From Bacillota bacterium (GTDB lineage Bacteria; Bacillota; Ch66; Ch109), in the NCBI GenBank assembly GCA_013178275.1, contig JABLWZ010000011.1, forward strand, positions 89,422 through 153,421: DNA of 64,000 nt, written 5' to 3'. The notes beneath the pieces are model-generated. The model worked only from the letters and a program-made list of their open reading frames with translations, was not told where the DNA came from and ran no database searches. Within the stretch, counting starts at the first letter, position 1. Every line of letters starts with the position of its first letter. This document shows positions 1 through 8,200 of the stretch, piece by piece. A program made the position numbers and the translations under genes.

Positions 1-2289
1 AGAAAATTCGCCCGGTGGAATGCCAGCCCGTTAATCAGTGAAGACGGCGGAATCATCGGAGCGATCGGGGCATTAGAGGACGTCACCGAGCGCAAGCAGG
101 CGGAGGAGGAGCTGCGGAAATCAAAACAGCAGATCGACGAGATTTTAGAGAGCATCTCGGACGCGTTCTACGCCGTCGATGCCGAGTGGCGGCTGACTTA
201 CATCAATCACCGGGCTGAAGAATGGTGGAAGCGCCGCAAGGAAGATCTGATAGGCACGGTGCTGTGGGACATGTTCCCGGACCCGGAGGTAACCAAGGGA
301 TATCAGGAGCACCACCGGGCCATGAATGAGCATATCCCGGTAACCTTCGAGACTTTTTTACCCCACTTCCTGGCCTGGGTCGAGGCAACTGTCTATCCTA
401 CCGCTGATGGCGGCGTGTCAGTATATCTTCAAGATATCACTGGGCGCAAAAAGGCGGAAGAGGTTTTGCTAGAAAATGAGCTGCGGCTGGAGGAACTGGT
501 ACGAGAGCGTACCAGGGAGTTGGAAGCGGCCAACCAGCGTATAACTCATATCCTGGAGAGCATAAAAGACCCTTTTTTCACCCTGGATGGACAGTGGAGA
601 TTCACTTACGTGAATCCCTCGGCGCAGGAGCAGTTTTCTTACCTGGGAGACATGGTCGGACAGAATATCTGGGAGTTGTTTCCCAAAATGGCGGGCACCT
701 TTTTCTGGGACAAGTACCATACGGTGATGGAGAGCAAAAGGCCCCTCTGTTTCGAAGCGAAGACCCGGTATACCGGGTTCTGGTCAGAGGTCACGGTCTA
801 TCCATATAGAGAAGGAATCTCCGTGCTTTTCCAGGACATCACCGAGCGCAAGCGGGCGGAGCAGGCTCTCCAAAAAAACGAGGAGCGCCTTCGCGCCCTG
901 GTGACGGCCAGCTCTGAGGTACTTTATCAGATGAGCCCGGACTGGAGCATGATGCGCCAGCTCCAGAGCCGGGGTTTCCTCACCTACACGGAAAGGCCGA
1001 ACAGTAACTGGCTCCAGGAGTACATTCCCCCTGACGAGCAGCCGTATGTAACCGCTGCTATTAATGAGGCCATCCATACGAAAAGCGTCTTCGAGCTGGA
1101 ACACCGGGTCTGGCAGGCGGACGGCAGCCTGGGATGGACGTTCTCGCGCGCGATCCCCCTGCTGGATGAGAAGGGCGAAATTGTAGAGTGGTTCGGTGCC
1201 GCTGGCGATATCACCGAAAGAAGGCGAGCGCAAAAAGACCTCCTGGAATCCAGGCAAAAATTTGCCAAAGCCTTTTATGGCAACCCGATAATGATGGTCT
1301 TAGTCACGATCGATGAGGGGAGAAACTTGGACTGCAACGATACGTTTTGTTCCACGACCGGCTATACCCGTGATGAGGTTGTAGGTCACACCAGCAGAGA
1401 GCTGAACCTCTTCGTGGACCTTGAAAAAAGAAGGGAGAATATCTCCAAACTCTTGAAAACTGGCCGGCAGGAGAATGTTGAAATCGACATCAGAACTAAA
1501 TCCGGAAAAATCCTGAATTGCCATATGTGGAGCCAGCTGCTTTATCTGGACGGGAAACCCTGTCACATTACCGGTTTAATCGATGTAACTAAACAAAAGC
1601 AAATGGAGAAAGAAATATCGCACCTGGACCGCCTGAACCTGGTGGGTGAGATGGCGGCATCCATCGGTCACGAGATAAGAAACCCCATGACCACGATACG
1701 TGGGTTCCTGCAGATGCTCTCCACCAAAGAGGGCTGCGAACCTTACCAGGATTACTACGACCTGATGATCGAGGAGCTGGACCGGGCCAACACGATTATT
1801 ACCGAATACCTCAATATGGCTAAGGATAAAGCCGTAGAGCTGCAGCCAAGGTACTTGGATTCGATAGTAAGGGCGATTCATCCGATGATACTGGCTGATG
1901 CCAATTTACAGGACAAGCAGGTAAGGCTGGATCTAGACTTTCCACCCAAGCTGATTATTGACGAGAAGGAGATTCGGCAGATGGTATTAAATCTGGCCCG
2001 TAATGGTCTGGAGGCCATGAATCAAGGTGGCGTGCTGACCATTAGAACCAGGACGTACGATGGAGCGGCGGTGCTGGAGGTGGAAGACAAGGGGAATGGG
2101 ATACCACCTAAAATACTCGAACGAATCGGTACTCCATTCCAGACCACCAAGGATAACGGCACCGGCCTGGGACTGCCGGTGTGTTACAGCATCGCAGCTA
2201 GACATAGAGCTAAGATCGAGGTGGATACCGGACCCGGCGGGACGACGTTTAAGGTTATATTCAAACAGAATGGAATCGGGGTTCAGTGA
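1..2289 (+). CDS. multi-PAS sensor histidine kinase, 5'-partial (paralogue 1 of 3)
   Basis: Frame 1 is open from base 1 (RKFARWNASPLISEDGG..DVTERKQAEEEL..), so the gene begins left of the window and not at ATG 259. It has repeated PAS-like blocks separated by D(I/V)TERK(K/R)AE linkers. H-box GHEIRNPMTTIRGFLQML. ATPase boxes NLARNGLEAM, DKGNGIP, GTGLGL. No TM segment seen. Confidence 0.85.
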   Translation, partial: RKFARWNASPLISEDGGIIGAIGALEDVTERKQAEEELRKSKQQIDEILESISDAFYAVDAEWRLTYINHRAEEWWKRRKEDLIGTVLWDMFPDPEVTKGYQEHHRAMNEHIPVTFETFLPHFLAWVEATVYPTADGGVSVYLQDITGRKKAEEVLLENELRLEELVRERTRELEAANQRITHILESIKDPFFTLDGQWRFTYVNPSAQEQFSYLGDMVGQNIWELFPKMAGTFFWDKYHTVMESKRPLCFEAKTRYTGFWSEVTVYPYREGISVLFQDITERKRAEQALQKNEERLRALVTASSEVLYQMSPDWSMMRQLQSRGFLTYTERPNSNWLQEYIPPDEQPYVTAAINEAIHTKSVFELEHRVWQADGSLGWTFSRAIPLLDEKGEIVEWFGAAGDITERRRAQKDLLESRQKFAKAFYGNPIMMVLVTIDEGRNLDCNDTFCSTTGYTRDEVVGHTSRELNLFVDLEKRRENISKLLKTGRQENVEIDIRTKSGKILNCHMWSQLLYLDGKPCHITGLIDVTKQKQMEKEISHLDRLNLVGEMAASIGHEIRNPMTTIRGFLQMLSTKEGCEPYQDYYDLMIEELDRANTIITEYLNMAKDKAVELQPRYLDSIVRAIHPMILADANLQDKQVRLDLDFPPKLIIDEKEIRQMVLNLARNGLEAMNQGGVLTIRTRTYDGAAVLEVEDKGNGIPPKILERIGTPFQTTKDNGTGLGLPVCYSIAARHRAKIEVDTGPGGTTFKVIFKQNGIGVQ

Positions 2290-2498
2290 AAAGTATGAAA
2301 AAGGTTTCTGGTGGAGCGGGTAATGCAGTCCCTTTGGCCCCGGTACTGACAGAACCCTGATAAACCCGCTGGATTGATTAAATTCCGACCTTCTATGTTT
2401 CCATAAAGCAGTGCCTCGAATCGTTCTGATCCTTATCACGATTATACATAATAATAATTTAATTAAGGGAAAATAGAAAAAAGACTTCGGAAGGGAAT

Positions 2499-3047
2499 AT
2501 GTATCAGCAGCTAGCCTACAATCCAATTAATGATCTCAATGTGCAGGCCTCACTGGCCAGAATCATGTTTTGGCGGGAAAACACTCTTTTCACCTGGCAG
2601 TGGTGGCTCCTATTAGCTGTAGTTGCGGTGTCCGCTTTAATATGGTGGCGTCTGGTTGACAGGAGCCGGCTGCTGGAGATAGTCTGCTACGGAATACTGG
2701 GAGCCGTTCCGGCAATGGTATTCGATATCACTGGAACTATGCTCGGATGGTATGCCTACCCGATCCTGCTGCAGCCCTATTACCCCGGTACCATATTCGG
2801 GATCATAACCCCGGCGATTATTGGCATGCTAATATACCAATACTTCCCCTCCTGGCGGGGCTTCCTCATCACGGTGACTCTGGCCTCAGCCGTGCTTTCT
2901 TTTACAGGGCAGCCGCTTCTTGCCTATATCGGGGTCTATAAGATCTACAATTTCAGCTACCTCTACTCGTTCCTGATTTTCATAATTATTGCTGTATGGG
3001 ATAAATGGACGGTAGGAAAGATGAAATCGGCAAGAACTGGTTATTGA
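2499..3047 (+). CDS. small polytopic membrane protein (CBO0543-like, tentative)
   Basis: 182-aa ORF with about 5 hydrophobic helices and Trp-rich loops. The family name is recalled from memory only. Confidence 0.5.
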   Translation: MYQQLAYNPINDLNVQASLARIMFWRENTLFTWQWWLLLAVVAVSALIWWRLVDRSRLLEIVCYGILGAVPAMVFDITGTMLGWYAYPILLQPYYPGTIFGIITPAIIGMLIYQYFPSWRGFLITVTLASAVLSFTGQPLLAYIGVYKIYNFSYLYSFLIFIIIAVWDKWTVGKMKSARTGY

Positions 3048-3409
3048 CAATCTCTTACAATAAAATTTGGATTCAACTGTCTTAGTATCAAACAGATCCC
3101 TCTGCTTCTTAATTCTACCTAACAGCTTCCTCGCTTTCCCCCTTTTCAATAAAAAGCGGAACGAATGCCATCCCGCCAGTCTCCAACCGGGAGAAGGCAT
3201 GCCAGGTTTCAACAAAAGAACCTTGATTTCAGCATAATTCGCTAAAGGATAAATGTCATTATACATCAAATATATTATAAACATCAAATTCGGAATTGTT
3301 AGTATAGTCAATCGATTTAAAATCGACCGGAGAACATCAGTGTTGCAAAAGAGGCTTAAAACAAACTAAAGTTGGAGGCAAATGCATTCAGACAGAGATA
3401 GGCTGGCTT

Positions 3410-5443
3410 ATGGAGAAGCAGACCGTTATAGTTGGAAGTATGCTTTTGGATAGTTATGAGTCAGAAGGTGATTGCATGAATTCTTTTAAAGAACATATAC
3501 AAAACTTATTAGCCCATAAAGAGAAAGAGCTTATTGATGCGGTGATCGGGTATGCCAAGGCTGCCAATTATGTTAAATACACTTCAACCCTGGAGGAGGC
3601 CTGGAGGGTATCGATAGCCGGGCTTACAAGTGCGATAATACAGGCCTTAAACCACAGCGAGGAGGTACCGGAGCTTAACCCCGATGAGGATTACCAGGAG
3701 GAGCCATCGGCTGCCTTCGGGATACTGGAAGCCCGGCGGCATCGTTCTCGCGGGGTTACCTTAGCTATGTTTCTGGGGCTGATGAAGTACTACCGCCAGT
3801 CGTATCTAGATTTGGTTAATGAGGCGGGATGGCCAAGACCGCTTACCGATAAAGCCTTGCTGTATCTGCACCGGGTTTTTGACCGGATAGAGCTGGGGTT
3901 CTGTTCAGAGTGGAACAGTAACACTCAAAATGGTCTCCTTGCTGAGCTGCAATCTGCCAATCGTTATATAAATGAAAAGAACAAGTATCTTACCGTATTC
4001 GAAAGCTTATCCAACCCGGTGGTTATTCTCGATGAGCGTAATTATATAGAGAATGCTAACTATTCCGCTTCGGAGCTACTGCTTGGGGCATCGGTCGCCG
4101 GAGCCGTCTATTACGGGAAAGGGAAGAGGCATTTTCAGGAACTGCTACCATGGTTAGAAAAAGAACTGGGTGAGTTTATCAGCGGTGGATACCTGGCGGC
4201 TGTTTTTGAAAAGGAAATAGAGCTTAATAACCAGAGAAAATTCTTTTTGATTCAGTTCAAACAGAACATGGATATAAGCGGTAAATTTCGCGGTACAATA
4301 ATTACTTTAAATGATCTGACCGTAAGAAAGAAGGTCGAGGAGGCGCTGCGGGACAGCGAGGAGAAATTCGCCAAGGCCTTCCATGGAATTCCGATCATGA
4401 TGATGGTTGCAACTATTGATGAGGGAAGATACCTTGATTGCAACGAGGCATTGTGCCTGGGATCGGGTTATTCCCGAGCGGAGATAATAGGGCGTACCAG
4501 CAGGGACATAAACCTTTTTTCAGACTTTGGAAGAAGGCCGGAGTACCTGAAGAAACTCCTGAAGGATGGAAGGATAGAGAACGAGGAGATTACCATCCGC
4601 ACTAAATCAGGGGAACGCCGCGACTGTTTATTCTGGAGTCAGTTAATAAACATAGATAGGAGACAGTGCCATATATCCGGGATGATCGACGTGACCAAGC
4701 AAAAACGCATGGAGAAGGAAATATCCCGACTCGACCGGTTGAACCTGGTTGGCGAGATGGCCGCATCAATTGGGCACGAGATACGCAACCCGATGACTAC
4801 CATACGCGGCTTCTTACAGATGCTGGGCGAGAAGGACGTTAGCGAAGAAAACCAGGAGTACTATAACCTGATGATTGAAGAGCTAGATCGGGCCAACTCA
4901 ATTATTAGCGATTACCTGAGCATGGCCAAAGACAAAGTGGTTGACCGGAAGCCAGGATACCTCAATTCAATAATAAAAACCATTCTCCCAATGCTCCAGG
5001 CTGACGCGAACTTATCTGATAAACAAGTGAAGCTGGATTTAGGCCTTCCTCCCAAGCTGCTTGTTGACGAGAAGGAAATACGGCAGATGATTTTTAACTT
5101 AGCCCGCAATGGGCTGGAAGCCATGCAGCACGGTGGAACGCTTACCATCAGGACCAGAGCGTATAATGGCGGGGCGGTATTGGAGGTTGAGGACGAGGGA
5201 TGCGGAATACCACCCGAAATACTTGAAAAAATAGGCACGCCATTTCATACTACCAAAGAGAACGGGACCGGCCTTGGGTTGGCGGTCTGCTACAGCATAG
5301 CTAACCGGCACGACGCGAAGATGGAGGTAGATACCGGGTCAGGAGGAACTAAGGTTAAGGTGAAGTTCAACTCGAATAGAATTATCACCACCACAATCAA
5401 TGGGAAGGAGAGAACGTGTCCGAAGATGTTTAACCCGAGTTAA
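3410..5443 (+). CDS. PAS sensor histidine kinase (paralogue 2 of 3)
   Basis: The C-terminal ~330 aa are collinear with kinase 1 (FAKAF(H/Y)G.PIMM..TIDEGR.LDCN, LDRLNLVGEMAASIGHEIRNPMTTIRGFLQML, GTGLGL). It has a distinct helical N-terminal domain. An alternative start at ATG 3476 has a better RBS (GAAGGTGA). Confidence 0.85.
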   Translation: MEKQTVIVGSMLLDSYESEGDCMNSFKEHIQNLLAHKEKELIDAVIGYAKAANYVKYTSTLEEAWRVSIAGLTSAIIQALNHSEEVPELNPDEDYQEEPSAAFGILEARRHRSRGVTLAMFLGLMKYYRQSYLDLVNEAGWPRPLTDKALLYLHRVFDRIELGFCSEWNSNTQNGLLAELQSANRYINEKNKYLTVFESLSNPVVILDERNYIENANYSASELLLGASVAGAVYYGKGKRHFQELLPWLEKELGEFISGGYLAAVFEKEIELNNQRKFFLIQFKQNMDISGKFRGTIITLNDLTVRKKVEEALRDSEEKFAKAFHGIPIMMMVATIDEGRYLDCNEALCLGSGYSRAEIIGRTSRDINLFSDFGRRPEYLKKLLKDGRIENEEITIRTKSGERRDCLFWSQLINIDRRQCHISGMIDVTKQKRMEKEISRLDRLNLVGEMAASIGHEIRNPMTTIRGFLQMLGEKDVSEENQEYYNLMIEELDRANSIISDYLSMAKDKVVDRKPGYLNSIIKTILPMLQADANLSDKQVKLDLGLPPKLLVDEKEIRQMIFNLARNGLEAMQHGGTLTIRTRAYNGGAVLEVEDEGCGIPPEILEKIGTPFHTTKENGTGLGLAVCYSIANRHDAKMEVDTGSGGTKVKVKFNSNRIITTTINGKERTCPKMFNPS

Positions 5444-5690
5444 TCGAAGGAACTGTAAATCCAACCGGCCTGAAGTGGGCTGTTTCTCATTTGAATTTTT
5501 ATATACTTTTTCTTAATATATCCCATACATTTTAAAATCATATTTGTTATTCTAATACGAAGAGAGTTGCTGATTATCGATTCTAAAAAAAGTAAAAACA
5601 TAATATTAAAATTTTAATTGGGCCTTCATGGGGTCTAATTTAATTTTCATCTTAATCTTAATCTAAATTTAAAATCACTACGCCGGGGAA

Positions 5691-6650
5691 ATGATGAAGG
5701 ATACAAGCAATTTATATATAAAAAGAAAAAACCGAAGGAAGACAAGAAGGAAAAGAAGAAGGACCCGGTGGTACCGGAGGCTACGGTTGATATTGATAAT
5801 CGTTGTTATCGTTTGCTTGTGCAGATCGATTAATAACCGATACCTAAATATCCAGAACACGGATCCCGTTCAGTCTTTGTTAGTCAATACCGGTACCCAG
5901 GGCGATTCGAGGGCGGTAGATGCCTTAAAAATCGAATTGGAGAATTATATTAAGAATTACAAAGGACAGTACGGCATTTACTACTACAATATCGTCACCG
6001 GGGAGGAGTTCGGGATCAACGAAGCTGATGAATACACGGCCGCCAGCACGATAAAAGTGCCTTTAAATCTTTACCTCTATAATAATATTAAATCAGGGGC
6101 CGTTGATCCCCAGGGAACAATAAAGTATTTGAAGGACGACTACGAGGGGGGCACCGGCAAGATACAGTACGAGAAAGTCGGAAATACCTATACTATCGAT
6201 GAATTATCAAAATTCTCCATAGTGTTGAGTGATAATGTGGCTGCCAACATGCTGATAAGGTTTTTAGGGATAGATAACATCAAACAGTATATGAGACAGG
6301 TTGGCGGTGTGGTGGTGCAGGACGGGCAAAACGTTTCATGCCCCAAGGACATGGGGCTTTATATGAGACTGGTGTATGAATTCAGCAGCAGAGAGGGAGT
6401 GCTTGGCCAGCAACTGATGGATTGTTTCCTGAACACCCAGTTCAATGATATGATACCCGCTTTACTCCCAACAAATATTAAAGTGGCGCATAAAATCGGG
6501 AATCAGGTCGGGGTTGTCAACGATGTGGGAATCGTATTTTCAGATAGGCCCTACATCCTGGCCGTCATGTCCAAAGATGTGGATGAGAAAGAGGCTGCAA
6601 CGGTTTTACCCATTGTTTCTAAGAAAGTCTTTGATTATGCAACCAATTGA
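5691..6650 (+). CDS. membrane-anchored class A beta-lactamase-related serine hydrolase
   Basis: Contains an SxxK motif (AASTIKVP), an SDN motif (VLSDNVAAN) and a KTG-like motif (AHKIGN). The N-terminus is a hyper-basic tract followed by one TM helix. Confidence 0.7.
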   Translation: MMKDTSNLYIKRKNRRKTRRKRRRTRWYRRLRLILIIVVIVCLCRSINNRYLNIQNTDPVQSLLVNTGTQGDSRAVDALKIELENYIKNYKGQYGIYYYNIVTGEEFGINEADEYTAASTIKVPLNLYLYNNIKSGAVDPQGTIKYLKDDYEGGTGKIQYEKVGNTYTIDELSKFSIVLSDNVAANMLIRFLGIDNIKQYMRQVGGVVVQDGQNVSCPKDMGLYMRLVYEFSSREGVLGQQLMDCFLNTQFNDMIPALLPTNIKVAHKIGNQVGVVNDVGIVFSDRPYILAVMSKDVDEKEAATVLPIVSKKVFDYATN

Positions 6651-6692
6651 GACGCAAACTGAACTTTATCAACCTAAACTATTGTTGATTTA

Positions 6693-6720
6693 AAAAACCC
6701 GGTAGCCAAGCTACCGGGTT
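6693..6720 (-). terminator. rho-independent terminator downstream of spo0A
   Basis: Hairpin AACCCGGTAGC-ttg-GCTACCGGGTT followed by TTTTTTAA when read on the minus strand. It lies between the convergent genes ending at 6650 (+) and 6989 (-). Confidence 0.5.
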
Positions 6721-6988
6721 AAATATAGGGGTGGTGTAGGACTTCTTTCCGACTTAACTAATTATACGGAATTGGACTAGGCTTGGTTCTATCTTGGTTC
6801 GAAAAAATAACTGGGGCTCCATCTGTTTAGCCAGGAAGCTGGCGGCGGTCCCTGCCGCTTCAGTTCCATACCGCCCGGTTTAATTCCTGGTCTTTAGGTA
6901 TATGAATTACAGTCGCGTATATAATTATAAATCCTATGTCACCTTGGATGTCATTGGATTAATAGGATACGGACTTGTATATAAAGAC

Positions 6989-7774
6989 CTAGCTCACCTT
7001 CAACCCGGTTCGTAGTTTATCTGCGATCAGGGCTATAAACTCCGAATTGGTCGGCTTACCCTTTTCCACGTTAATGGTATAGCCGAAGACCTTATTCATC
7101 AATTCAACGTTACCGCGGTCCCAGGCCAACTCGATAGCATGCCGAATCGCCCGCTCCACCCTGCTGGAGGTAGTCGTGTTTTTCGCGGCGATCATCGGGT
7201 ACAGCTCTTTGGTCACCGCTCCGAGCAGATTGAAATCTCCGACCACTAAAAGAATAGCGTCTCTCATGTATTGATAGCCCTTAATATGCGCGGGTACTCC
7301 CAACTGGTGAATTATTTCAGTAACCTCTAGGTCCAGGTTTCTGGTTTTCAGTGTTCGCGGGACAATAACCTGGTGCCTATTCTTCAGTTGGCGCAACCGA
7401 TTACCCAGAACCTCTATATCGAAGGGTTTTAATATATAGTAATCAGCGCCAAGCTCTACCGCCCGGTGCGTCATATTTTCCTGGCCGAAAGCCGTAAGCA
7501 TGACGATCTTGGGTCGGGTATCGGTATTTTCCTGGGCCAGTCTTTCCAGAACCCCGACACCATCCAGCTGCGGCATTATAATATCCAGGATCACGATATC
7601 AGGCTGTTCATTACTTATTAGACTTAAAGCCTCAATACCATTATGGGCTATACCGACTAATTCAAAGTCATCTTGCCCAACCAAGTATTCCTTGAGTATC
7701 TCGCAAAACTCCCTGCTATCATCTGCGATAAGCACCCTAAATTTCCCCATGCTGGTATAATCCTCCTCAGTCAT
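6989..7774 (-). CDS. spo0A: sporulation master response regulator Spo0A
   Basis: Receiver domain residues are present ([35 protein letters not shown]). The Spo0A-specific C-terminal domain motifs are present ([51 protein letters not shown]). Confidence 0.95.
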   Translation of the reverse strand: MTEEDYTSMGKFRVLIADDSREFCEILKEYLVGQDDFELVGIAHNGIEALSLISNEQPDIVILDIIMPQLDGVGVLERLAQENTDTRPKIVMLTAFGQENMTHRAVELGADYYILKPFDIEVLGNRLRQLKNRHQVIVPRTLKTRNLDLEVTEIIHQLGVPAHIKGYQYMRDAILLVVGDFNLLGAVTKELYPMIAAKNTTTSSRVERAIRHAIELAWDRGNVELMNKVFGYTINVEKGKPTNSEFIALIADKLRTGLKVS

Positions 7775-8200
7775 TTTTTACCGTGACATTCCCAATTCGA
7801 CGGATGGAAGGCTAATCCTCTATCGTATTTTGTAATATAAAAGGAGAATATGTCTGAGTGAAATTAAGAGAATTGATGAAAGGGATTAAGCTGGTAACAC
7901 CAGGAATAGTAAGCGGAAACGAAGAAGACAATGAGGCTGTCGTCTGATTTTTTATACCGTTGAACTGGCGGGGAGGATAAAGAGAAGGCCATTATAGGCC
8001 TCCAACTGCCTGACCATGCACCTAAAATCTATAAAAACAGTAAAAATCGCCAATAACCACCAAAACAATCCATATTTTTACATATTTCGTTGCAGGATAT
8101 ATATGGTTCTACATCAAATGTATCAAAGTCACTAATTGAGCAATTATAAAAAGGTTAGCATCATTTCCTGTAATGCAACTGAATAGGAGGAAAAATCGCA

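Noticed and set aside
2886-3311. 141-aa minus-strand ORF between the membrane protein and kinase 2.
   Set aside because: It overlaps the 3' end of the 2499-3047 gene, has no RBS or recognisable motif, and its basic low-complexity composition is typical of AT-rich intergenic shadows. A short real gene in 3050-3311 cannot be excluded.
7775-8200. Spo0A boxes (TGNCGAA) and a sigma-H-type promoter in the spo0A / kinase-3 divergent region, for example CGTCGAA on the minus strand near 7795 and AAAGGAGAA..GTGAAAT near 7840-7870.
   Set aside because: The matches are only 5-6 of 7 positions, with imperfect spacing. These motifs are short enough to occur by chance.
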